This document shows, in pieces, positions 8,550 through 17,173 of a stretch of DNA of 32,000 nucleotides; position 1 is the stretch's first letter, and each line of letters starts with the position of its first letter. The notes beneath the pieces are model-generated. The model was given only the letters and a program-made list of their open reading frames with translations, did no database searches and had not been told where the DNA came from. The position numbers and the translations under genes were made by a program. Source of the stretch: an uncultured Candidatus Saccharibacteria bacterium (GTDB lineage Bacteria > Patescibacteriota > UBA1384 > XYA2-FULL-43-10 > 1-14-0-10-43-13); NCBI GenBank assembly GCA_964543385.1, contig CAZIYE010000003.1, positions 21,590 to 53,589 of the forward strand. Reading direction: 5' to 3'.

Positions 8550-9860
8550 TTAGGCAAATACTTTCTGTCCCTTTTTATTAATATAATAAGGCTCACTATC
8601 TGGTTGATCTTGAACGCAGGCCATGCCATCTTGATATGGCCGTGCCTTGTAAAAATGCTTTGCGCCGTCAATCCCTTCGCCAGAGAAGAGCGGCTTTCCT
8701 TCAGTATTAATATACGTCCAGCCACCAAAACGATTATCAACATCGTCAAGATCTATCTGTACCGCCGCAGCACCTTCAGAAAAATCAGTAATAGAGAGGT
8801 AGGTCTCTAGAAAAGCTTGCTCCCCAGCCTTGTTGATAAAGTAATACTTAATAGGATTGCCTTCGACGCGAGAACCAACCGCAGCAAAACCACAAGAAAA
8901 ATCACCGGCCTCTTCAAAATACTCAGCCTCATCCTCGGATTTGCCTTTGTTCAAATCGTCGAGACCAGCATTCGCTAGTGTCGCATAGCTAAAAAATCTA
9001 TTGTTTCCCGTGACATGCTTGTATTCCCTCCTAATTATGCCCTCCGACAGTCTGTGCAAATCCTCACCACCAAACCAATATTGAGGCAACAAATTTCCCT
9101 GTTGGTCAAAGCATTGCCAAAAAGGAGCAAAACCACGTTCTTTGACTTGTACAAACGAATATCCCTCTGAGAATGGTTTAACTTTTAGATATTTACCTTG
9201 ATGAAGCATGTTGCCGCTTTCATCAATTAATTTATATGGCCCGTTTTCTTCAATCTGGACCCAGGCTCGGTTATCATTAAAAGAAGTAGCGAAGAAAAAT
9301 GAATCCTCGCCATCTACGATAATTTTTTCTCCATCATGCTTAACAAGCGACCATTTATTTTTCAATGTGTCATTCTTTTTTGCCAAATAAATACCACTAT
9401 CTGAAAATTCAACTTGAGCATACCAGTCTCTGCCTAATTTTCCGCTCGAATCAATAATTGACCACTTGGGAAGCGGACCTCTTATTCCAACATATTGAAC
9501 CCATGCTAAACCATTTTTGAATGGCTTGGCATAAATAGCAGGAATCGTTTCGTCTGAAAAGTGAAGGACAATCTCAGCGTTTTCATTCACCAAACTTACC
9601 ATTTTTTCGTGTTGTTCTCTTCCCCAAGCCAAGCCCTCGCTAAATTTATCAAGCCAAGATAAACCAAGTTCTTTAGCAATTCGATCTCTTTTCCTAATCT
9701 GATCGGGCTCTGTTTCTTCAAGTAAATATTCTGATTTTGAATAAATCTCTTTTTTATCATGAAGAGCATCGGCAATTTGCCTGCTATTAAAATAACTCTC
9801 AAGAGATTTAAGAATTTTCCGAATTTCTACTATTCCCTTTGTTATCCCCTCACAATTCAT
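8550..9860 (-). CDS. Array paralog: N-terminal CxxhT module + WG-repeat body
   Basis: N-terminus is MNCEGIT. Motifs are RDRIAKELGLSWLDKFSEGLAWG, FKNGLAWV, FSEGYSFV, FSEGAAAV and YYINKKGQKVFA. A GAGGT SD lies upstream. Confidence 0.85.
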   Translation of the reverse strand: MNCEGITKGIVEIRKILKSLESYFNSRQIADALHDKKEIYSKSEYLLEETEPDQIRKRDRIAKELGLSWLDKFSEGLAWGREQHEKMVSLVNENAEIVLHFSDETIPAIYAKPFKNGLAWVQYVGIRGPLPKWSIIDSSGKLGRDWYAQVEFSDSGIYLAKKNDTLKNKWSLVKHDGEKIIVDGEDSFFFATSFNDNRAWVQIEENGPYKLIDESGNMLHQGKYLKVKPFSEGYSFVQVKERGFAPFWQCFDQQGNLLPQYWFGGEDLHRLSEGIIRREYKHVTGNNRFFSYATLANAGLDDLNKGKSEDEAEYFEEAGDFSCGFAAVGSRVEGNPIKYYFINKAGEQAFLETYLSITDFSEGAAAVQIDLDDVDNRFGGWTYINTEGKPLFSGEGIDGAKHFYKARPYQDGMACVQDQPDSEPYYINKKGQKVFA

Positions 9861-9883
9861 ATGATTATTCTACCTCAAGATAT

Positions 9884-12112
9884 TTATTCATGTGCTTTCT
9901 TTGAAGACCTACTCTCAGAGGATTGGCAACCCAGTAAAACTCCAAAATCGGCCTTGCTCTCCTCTTTTTGACCAATTAAATATTCTGTCAATCTTGGCAC
10001 TATATGATTACCATCAAAGAGAAGTTTGCGTTTTTGCAAAGTACAAATTTTCGCCAAATAATACTCGCGAAGAATTTCATCCTTTATTTTTTGGGTAAAG
10101 CTCTCTGCTTGGACAAGATATTTCATCTGATCCTGACCCGATTCGGCAGATTTTTCGGCCATAAACAAACAAAGTCGTGCCTTATTTCGCTCAAGATGAA
10201 GTTCGCCGAGAATTCGCTCGAAGAGTGAGTCGTCATTATCTGTTTTTTGTTGGATTTGTTCGATTAAGTTTTTAGCAACCCTAAACTCTGAATAATAGAG
10301 TTTTTTGGTGCCGTCGCGTTGTTCAAATATTTTATTAACAGAGGCAAATATTTCATTGACCATCTCATCGTTTTGCCAATCAAGTGCCAACTCTAATAAT
10401 TTTTGGTAGTGCTCGTATCCAGGATAGCTGACACCAGAGCTATACGAATGCGGATTGTCCTCAACATAATTGGCACTATCAGCAGCTAACTGAAAATATT
10501 GCAGAGCCGTTGCTTCTTCTTTTGATTGCATTTTTAGTTTTGCCAGAAATGTGTAAAAATCAATTCTTAGGTTGTTGTAATATCCACAATGATCTTGAAA
10601 TGTTGCCACTGACTTGTCAAAATCTCCCTCTTTGCCAGCGTAATATTTGGCAATTTCCATCCATGACTGTAGAAAGTGGCGATCGCCCCTCAGATGATAG
10701 TCTCCATAAGAAACGTCATACTCATAATCTTTGACAGTATCAAGAGTTTTGGTTGCCTCCTCTGGATTTCCCTGCCGCAGATAAGATTTGACGATCGACA
10801 AATTGATCTCTACTCTTCTGAATTTGTCATGGTCTTTTTGAGGGAACCAGCGTAATGCGCTTTGTATATCATCTATATCTGCATATGCCCTAGATATCGC
10901 AGTCATGGCATCGTCAGTGTTGTCTGACCAGCGTTTGTAATGGGGATAATACAAGAGCGCCGTATCGATATCGCCATCCCTGAGACAACTTTCCATCACA
11001 TTATATGAGAAACGACCGATACGGTCCCCAACCGTTAATTTTGGAATGGAGCCTTCGTTTTTTGTTGCTTGACATACTATTTTGATATTTGTCTCTTTGT
11101 CTGTTTTGGAATAATACCGATAACGTACCCAGGCAAGGCTAATAATCAAGTCATTACTTACTTCTCTACTTTGCACTATTTGCCATGCTAGCTCATAATA
11201 TCGATCGGCTTCAGCATCGTCACCGGCCTCTTTGTAGTATTTGATTGCTTCTAAATAACAGCTATATTTCGCGCTTATATCCTCGACTCGTTCAATCAGA
11301 CTCAGCGCGCTATCTGTATCCTTGTTTTTAAATAGCTCACTAATTTTGTTTTTAATTAATTGATCCTTTTCCCCTAGCACACTTATAATTTTCTTTTGTG
11401 TTTCAACAAACTTGTCGATCTGCCCTAGCTCATAATATTTTTCAGCCATTGTTTTGTAGATATCATCCCGATCGTTGGGGAAGGTTGACTGTCCCATAGT
11501 CTCCAGAAGCTCTTCGGTTTTGACAAAATTGCCTCTTTTTGCGTAAGCTACCGCCAGTTTTTTTCGCAAATCAAAGAGATGGCGATGATCAGTCAACTGG
11601 CCTATAAATTGTTCCGCTTGCTCAACTTCACCTGCTTCGGCTAAAGCATCCGCAATATTAGATTGCCAATGTTCAAGGTTAAATGACCCGCTCGCATTGG
11701 CAGACAAGAGATTACCCAGAGTAATAGCACGGTCGAATTCTTTTGCCTTGACCAATGCTCTACATGCATGGTAACCATACATCGATTTATCTCTCGATTC
11801 AGAGTTTAAAACATCGGCAATCCCATAGAAATCACCAAGCAAGGCCTGGAGTTCTGCCAATGCTTCAAGCGGTCTGGCGAATTCAGTGTCTGATTCATTA
11901 GTCGATGCCAGTATGCCAGGATATGCGGTAACTCTTTTTGCAAATTGTTTAAAAGCGGCCGCTTCGCTTAACAAGAGCTTAATGAGCTCCTCTTCTTCGG
12001 TTTTTAGATATTCTTTTAATTCAAAAAGGCGGAGAGATCCCATCTCTGGTTTAAATTCTCGGGTAGATTCAGCCAGTTTTATTATATAAGAAGTTATTTG
12101 TTCGCATTGCAT
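9884..12112 (-). CDS. Array paralog: N-terminal CxxhT module + long TPR-like alpha-solenoid (742 aa)
   Basis: N-terminus is MQCEQIT. The body is all-helical with recurring A-x-x-Y-(Y/F)-x-x-A patterns (AIKYYKEAGDDAEADRYYELA, ALQYFQLAADSA, IAKYYAGKEG). Confidence 0.8.
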   Translation of the reverse strand: MQCEQITSYIIKLAESTREFKPEMGSLRLFELKEYLKTEEEELIKLLLSEAAAFKQFAKRVTAYPGILASTNESDTEFARPLEALAELQALLGDFYGIADVLNSESRDKSMYGYHACRALVKAKEFDRAITLGNLLSANASGSFNLEHWQSNIADALAEAGEVEQAEQFIGQLTDHRHLFDLRKKLAVAYAKRGNFVKTEELLETMGQSTFPNDRDDIYKTMAEKYYELGQIDKFVETQKKIISVLGEKDQLIKNKISELFKNKDTDSALSLIERVEDISAKYSCYLEAIKYYKEAGDDAEADRYYELAWQIVQSREVSNDLIISLAWVRYRYYSKTDKETNIKIVCQATKNEGSIPKLTVGDRIGRFSYNVMESCLRDGDIDTALLYYPHYKRWSDNTDDAMTAISRAYADIDDIQSALRWFPQKDHDKFRRVEINLSIVKSYLRQGNPEEATKTLDTVKDYEYDVSYGDYHLRGDRHFLQSWMEIAKYYAGKEGDFDKSVATFQDHCGYYNNLRIDFYTFLAKLKMQSKEEATALQYFQLAADSANYVEDNPHSYSSGVSYPGYEHYQKLLELALDWQNDEMVNEIFASVNKIFEQRDGTKKLYYSEFRVAKNLIEQIQQKTDNDDSLFERILGELHLERNKARLCLFMAEKSAESGQDQMKYLVQAESFTQKIKDEILREYYLAKICTLQKRKLLFDGNHIVPRLTEYLIGQKEESKADFGVLLGCQSSESRSSKKAHE

Positions 12113-12116
12113 AAAT

Positions 12117-13277
12117 TTATTTTACCTTTTTCTTTGCCGTATTGCGAAAGATTAATATCCTGCCATCAACTAAGCCAAAAATGATTTTATGGTCGATACC
12201 GATATCAAAAGATTTTATTTTCACGTGATCAATTTCTGATGAAAAATCGATCGAGCCAACTTTTTCCATGGATTTCAGATTAAAAATATCGATCAGCCCA
12301 CCGAAAGCAAGAGCAAAGACGTACTCCTTTTTCGGATCGACCGCAATTTTTTCATACGGATTTGCTTCTCCATTTTCAAGTTTGATTATTGATCGAACTT
12401 CGTAGGAGGAAATATATTCCCCATCCTGCTTGTTTGGTTTTTGAATTTCCAGCCCTTTTCCCGAGAGAACGATATAGTTCGTGTTTTCTAGTGGTTTGAA
12501 ATCTATAACGCCCATCGATTGGTATAGACACTCTTTTTTCTCATGATTCCAGACAGTAAGCTGTCTAGACGTATCCAGAGAATATATAATTTCCTGATTG
12601 GCTGAAAATTCGATATCTTTAAATCGGCGAATTTCGATAAATGACGGCTTTTTAAATCGTTCGCCTTTTTTAAAACCTGCTCCGATGCTGCAGATGGTCC
12701 CGTCATTATCAGAGGCGCCAACCGCAATGTCTGTGCCCACAGCGAAAATATCAGGCAATGTTTGAGGATCAGCCGCATCGTAAGACGACCCTTGCTGACC
12801 AGCTTTTCTATACAGGATTTTTGCCATGCCTTTTCGCTCAGTCCTGATGAAAATAGTGCCCTCTGGATCGATAGCAAAATAAGTAGGGATTCGCTCTTTT
12901 CTAATACTCGCATCCGCTAGAGTTTCTGCCTCATTCTTTAAGTTTATGATATCCACTGTTTGATCATCTTCGACAGTGTCGTCTAGCCGGCGAATTGCAT
13001 ACAACATCTCACCATCCGGCGAGACTTTGACCGGCCAAAAACCTTGATGAAATTTTTCTGCAGTACTTTCACTTTCATAGCCGCCTCTATCAAAAAATTT
13101 TGCAAATTTTCGCCATCGAAAAAATTCTGATTTTTCTTTGACATATCTATTTATAACTCGTATTTGCACTTTTGCTCTGTCGTATTGTTTGCCATCCACA
13201 AAAAAATTATAAGTTCTAAGCTCATTTCTGAGTTGATAGATCAACACTGTTAAGTTTTTACAATTTTCTGTTTCCAT
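12117..13277 (-). CDS. Array paralog: N-terminal CxxhT module + WD40-like beta-propeller (tentative)
   Basis: N-terminus is METENCKNLT. The body shows WD-like strand signatures (QLTVWNHEKKE, GGLIDIFNLKSMEKV, VDGRILIFRN, DGTICSIGAG). The fold call comes from motif resemblance only. Confidence 0.7.
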   Translation of the reverse strand: METENCKNLTVLIYQLRNELRTYNFFVDGKQYDRAKVQIRVINRYVKEKSEFFRWRKFAKFFDRGGYESESTAEKFHQGFWPVKVSPDGEMLYAIRRLDDTVEDDQTVDIINLKNEAETLADASIRKERIPTYFAIDPEGTIFIRTERKGMAKILYRKAGQQGSSYDAADPQTLPDIFAVGTDIAVGASDNDGTICSIGAGFKKGERFKKPSFIEIRRFKDIEFSANQEIIYSLDTSRQLTVWNHEKKECLYQSMGVIDFKPLENTNYIVLSGKGLEIQKPNKQDGEYISSYEVRSIIKLENGEANPYEKIAVDPKKEYVFALAFGGLIDIFNLKSMEKVGSIDFSSEIDHVKIKSFDIGIDHKIIFGLVDGRILIFRNTAKKKVK

Positions 13278-13278
13278 T

Positions 13279-14427
13279 CTAGTACTCGATAATTATGCGT
13301 CCCTTTTTATCCATTTTATATTTCTTGCCTTCAATAACTATTGTTAGCAATCCGCTGCTGCTAAAGCGACCTTTTATTTCTGTATCTGGAGGAAGATTGA
13401 ATTTTTGACGGAAATCAACGCCAACTTCATCGACTAGTTTTACAATTCTTCTTTTTGCATCCTTTTCGACTTGTTCCCAATATAAACAATAACCTTCATT
13501 AAATTCTGGAGTTGTAAATTCGTCTTTGTAAAACTCGTAAGTCTTTATAGTCTTGCCGCTCTTATCTATTTTCTGCCAGAGTCCATCTACAAAGACAATC
13601 GTTGTCCCGTTTTCAAAATGACCAGTCTTTTTATATGGACCCAAAACCTTCTGGAAATTGTGATCGTAGAAGCAATATTCACCGTTTTTTTCTGGAAATG
13701 GCAGCAATCCCTCGGTAAAATAGCTTTCCTTATAACTCCGGCCGACAGTGAATTCGAGCCCCGTCTCAACTATCTGACCATCTTTGTTTATGAAATGCCA
13801 CTCGCCGTTATCCTCCTTTGTGCAGGCCAATCCTTCACTAAATGAGCTGGCATCTTCGAAGCCACCGTTAAAAAGCCCATCATTCTTGAGTTGCCCATCG
13901 ATGTCACTAAAATACCAACGATTCCCTATTTGGGCGCAGCCGGTTCCATCAAGAAAAGGCTTTAGAAATTTCACTCGGGCATTTTTACCAGCAATAATTT
14001 TCCCATCATGTCGCAAGTATTGGGCTGATTGAGTTTTTGTTTTTTCGTCATACAGTTCAGTCACTATAACACCATCAAGAGACCACTTTCCGATACCGAC
14101 AATATCAATGTTAGTCCCCGCAACCCGCTGACCTTTTCGATCTATTAAGATAGGTAAATCGTTTTCATCATACGCAATCGCTGTACCCATTATATTAAAT
14201 GGCCTAACATCTCCAAAATTTTTAGACTTCATAAGAGTGGCCAGAAATAATATATCGCGATCGTACGCATCAACAACCAAAAACTCACTGACACATAACT
14301 TTCTAATTTCGATTTTGTATTGATTTTTCTCGGCTGCTGCTTGAGCGTCATCAAACTGTCCGATTAGTTTACCAGCCATATTAGCCGTCTCAGTGTATTG
14401 ATCACAACTTGGAGTATTTATTTTCAT
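13279..14427 (-). CDS. Array paralog: N-terminal CxxhT module + WG-repeat body
   Basis: N-terminus is MKINTPSCDQYT. Motifs are FSEGLACTKEDNGEWHFINKDGQIV, FTEGLLPFPEKNGEYCFYD, FENGTTIVFVDGLWQKIDKSGK and FNEGYCLY. There is an ATGA overlap with the upstream gene. Confidence 0.85.
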   Translation of the reverse strand: MKINTPSCDQYTETANMAGKLIGQFDDAQAAAEKNQYKIEIRKLCVSEFLVVDAYDRDILFLATLMKSKNFGDVRPFNIMGTAIAYDENDLPILIDRKGQRVAGTNIDIVGIGKWSLDGVIVTELYDEKTKTQSAQYLRHDGKIIAGKNARVKFLKPFLDGTGCAQIGNRWYFSDIDGQLKNDGLFNGGFEDASSFSEGLACTKEDNGEWHFINKDGQIVETGLEFTVGRSYKESYFTEGLLPFPEKNGEYCFYDHNFQKVLGPYKKTGHFENGTTIVFVDGLWQKIDKSGKTIKTYEFYKDEFTTPEFNEGYCLYWEQVEKDAKRRIVKLVDEVGVDFRQKFNLPPDTEIKGRFSSSGLLTIVIEGKKYKMDKKGRIIIEY

Positions 14428-15677
14428 TTTTTAAATACCTTCTTGCCCTTGTGGTCGATATAAAATTCTTTACCGTCTTTCATAACCCAAGCAACACCAT
14501 GTTCGAAACTGTTGGCTTGTTCAAATGGACCAAAAATCTTACTTCCCTCATGATCTATAAAGAAGGTTTTCTCTTTCTGGCAAATAATTGCAAAACCATC
14601 AGCAAAAGTTTGAACTGAATCGTACGTTTCGCCCTCTTTTGGCAAAACTTTTTCACCAATTTCGTTAATAAAGTAATATGGATCGCCAGGCTTTTCACAA
14701 ATGACCGCTAATCCCTCGGAAAAAATACTGTGGGCGTGGAGTCTATCAACTTGGAAAAGCCATTTATTATGGATCGGCTCCACCAGTGAAGTTTTTGTTC
14801 CTTCCTGATACCAGAAACGCCCAGCGCCGGCATTTTGGATTGTATATTGGTCGCTGCTATCGCCCACAAATCTACCTTCTCGGTCAAAAAACTGCGGACG
14901 GCAATCATGTCTTATGGTTAGGGAGATGCCATCCCTAAAGGAGAAACATTGGCTTGCGGGAATTCTTTCTCCGATCGGGTTCATTGTCTCATCGACCAAC
15001 TGTGCAATCGTTTCACTGTCGTCAACACTTCGAACCCATGCTATACCCTCGGAAAAAGGTGTCCGAGGAATAATATTTTCAATTTTTGTGCCGTCTCTAC
15101 GAATAAATGATCTGGCTGCATCTTCTGGTATTCCAGCATCGGAATCGTATACACAGAGTATTTTTTCATCTTTCGAGCCATCTATGTCGCCAAATGGTCC
15201 GGCAATCTTTTCACCGTTTTTATCGATGAGATAAAATTTGCTTTCGACAGCGGCTAATCCGGCGAAACCGCTGTCATCAATCTCGTCATCGCCTAACTCG
15301 GCCACATCTTCAAAATATTCCTCGATCACCGCCGAGCCATCGACAAAGCGATGTGCATGCCTGACTTCACTGCCAAATGTTTTGACGATTTCAGCATGAT
15401 CATTTACCAAAAACTTGGTTTCTTCTTTCTTACCCCAAGCAAGCCCTTCGTGATATTCAGAAACAAACTCAAAGCCATGTTTTTCAGCCACTAGCTTGCG
15501 AAAATTTATCTGCGCTTCATACTTATCGATAACTGGTAAGACTTCTAACAAGGTAGAATTTATCTCCTGCTTGATATTAAGAAAACTGGACAATTCCTTT
15601 TTCTCTTCGATAAGATCGATCGACTTTTTACTGACTATTAGTGACGATATTTTGTTTGTAATTTCTTGACAATTCAT
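14424..15677 (-). CDS. Array paralog: N-terminal CxxhT module + WG-repeat body
   Basis: N-terminus is MNCQEIT, with a GGAG SD 5 nt upstream. Motifs are YHEGLAWG, FSEGIAWV, FSEGLAVI, FADGFAII, FEHGVAWV and FYIDHKGKKVFKK. Confidence 0.85.
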   Translation of the reverse strand: MNCQEITNKISSLIVSKKSIDLIEEKKELSSFLNIKQEINSTLLEVLPVIDKYEAQINFRKLVAEKHGFEFVSEYHEGLAWGKKEETKFLVNDHAEIVKTFGSEVRHAHRFVDGSAVIEEYFEDVAELGDDEIDDSGFAGLAAVESKFYLIDKNGEKIAGPFGDIDGSKDEKILCVYDSDAGIPEDAARSFIRRDGTKIENIIPRTPFSEGIAWVRSVDDSETIAQLVDETMNPIGERIPASQCFSFRDGISLTIRHDCRPQFFDREGRFVGDSSDQYTIQNAGAGRFWYQEGTKTSLVEPIHNKWLFQVDRLHAHSIFSEGLAVICEKPGDPYYFINEIGEKVLPKEGETYDSVQTFADGFAIICQKEKTFFIDHEGSKIFGPFEQANSFEHGVAWVMKDGKEFYIDHKGKKVFKK

Positions 15678-17173
15678 CGTATCTCCATAAATTCAGCTCT
15701 TCTTTTCTTGCCGACTGTTATTTTTCCGATTTTGACTGGCTCAGTCCACTTCTTTAGATACAAAACAACCCCATGACGATCGGAAATAGGAGCAACACTT
15801 TTACAAGCCTCCTCATATGAGATTTTAGGATCATCGATTACGATTGTCCCACCCGTCATCCCGCGCCCGATAGTTTGGCAATTGCCGGCATTCTTGATCC
15901 AGACAATTCCATTTTCGAGGAAAGAAAAATTGGCTTCGGTAAAATTTTCGGGGATGGTCAGCATCAGTAGTCCAGAATCAGTCCGCAAACTATTGATATA
16001 TGGACTGCTTTCAAAATATTTCTCCTCACGAATTTGTGGGGCGCTACAAAATACTAACTCGTCTTTTTCTTCGTCATAAGACATAATCGCCCCAACTGGA
16101 CGCTGGCCCTGTTCTGGTTTATTAATTATTTGATCCCTTTTGCATTTTATTAAGACTGTTCCACCTAATCCACCAACAATGTAACGAGCATCACCTTGAA
16201 CCTTGCCAAAAATAAATGTTCCTCCACTGGAAAATGAGCAAAACTCCGCACCAGTTAGATGCCCGACGTTTTCAAGAGTTGGTCTAAGATCGAAATCCTT
16301 TACGAATATTGTTCCACCCGTCGCACTTGCAGCGATGTTAGCGTTTTCAGCCCTCTCGACCACAATTGTTCCACCGTGAATCTTGTAGCCAATATTTCCT
16401 TCCGCTTTTTTAATATGGATGCTACCACCGGTCATCGATTTGCCTAATTCTGAATTATGCTCACTCCCAATGGTTGACTTAAGTTCTCCAATCTCGACAT
16501 CACCATCTTCCATTTCTTCAAAGGCACTGCCACTAAGTTCATCAATTGCAAGGGTTCCTTTTCGCCAATAGAATCCTTTGAAATTACGTCCGAAATGTTC
16601 TTTCAATTCCCTAGGAAGATCTTTTGATTTTACATCAAAGGCATACCTATGATCAGGCTGGTATGCTTGTAAAAAAGCTGAGTTTAAGTTGCTTCGAAAC
16701 CACTCTACAAACTCCGGGGAATTGGGCGTGATTCTGCTCACATTCCGCCGAATAAAACCTTCGACACTTTTCAGGAATCGACGATATTGAAATTGATAAA
16801 GCTGACAGCCGTTATTGTTTAATTTCAAAGATGACGGCAGTTTATTTTGCAAAAAATCCAAGGCGTGAGGATCGGCTTCAAGCGCATCAAAAAACTGCGA
16901 GTCAAGCGGTAAAATCATATCTTGAAACTGGACAAATTCAAGGTTAATTTTGCCTTTTACAGAATGCAAACCAGCGAGATCTTTTTTTTCACAAAGAAAA
17001 GCAAACGGCATCTCTGCCATCTGTATGTCAATAACTACTTTTGTTAGCTCCTTACAATTCAAAAACCCTCCCGAACTTATGCCTAGATTATACCTAAATT
17101 TCAGAGAGTTTAGAACAGCTGCATCCCAGCATATTTCGTTAGAACCGTTTTCCCAATAAACAACCTGTTTCAT
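15674..17173 (-). CDS. First array gene: GXGXG-type beta-helix protein. The true start is probably TTG at 17062, giving (M)NCKELT
   Basis: Repeats are MTGGSIHIKKAEGNIGYK / IHGGTIVVERAENANIAAS / ATGGTIFVKD ... SSGGTFIFGKVQGD ... MTGGTIVIDD. With ATG 17173 the ORF overlaps the ABC ATPase by 35 nt and the CxxhT motif sits at residue 40. The TTG at 17060-17062 is preceded by GGGAGGG (17066-17072) and restores the M-N-C-x-E-h-T N-terminus shared by the paralogs. Confidence 0.8.
   Translation of the reverse strand: MKQVVYWENGSNEICWDAAVLNSLKFRYNLGISSGGFLNCKELTKVVIDIQMAEMPFAFLCEKKDLAGLHSVKGKINLEFVQFQDMILPLDSQFFDALEADPHALDFLQNKLPSSLKLNNNGCQLYQFQYRRFLKSVEGFIRRNVSRITPNSPEFVEWFRSNLNSAFLQAYQPDHRYAFDVKSKDLPRELKEHFGRNFKGFYWRKGTLAIDELSGSAFEEMEDGDVEIGELKSTIGSEHNSELGKSMTGGSIHIKKAEGNIGYKIHGGTIVVERAENANIAASATGGTIFVKDFDLRPTLENVGHLTGAEFCSFSSGGTFIFGKVQGDARYIVGGLGGTVLIKCKRDQIINKPEQGQRPVGAIMSYDEEKDELVFCSAPQIREEKYFESSPYINSLRTDSGLLMLTIPENFTEANFSFLENGIVWIKNAGNCQTIGRGMTGGTIVIDDPKISYEEACKSVAPISDRHGVVLYLKKWTEPVKIGKITVGKKRRAEFMEIR

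Noticed and set aside
1-17173. Conserved N-terminal Cys as a lipoprotein lipidation site
   Set aside because: There is no preceding hydrophobic signal peptide or lipobox. The Cys sits 2-7 residues after Met in a polar, helix-like context (for example MNCQEIT).
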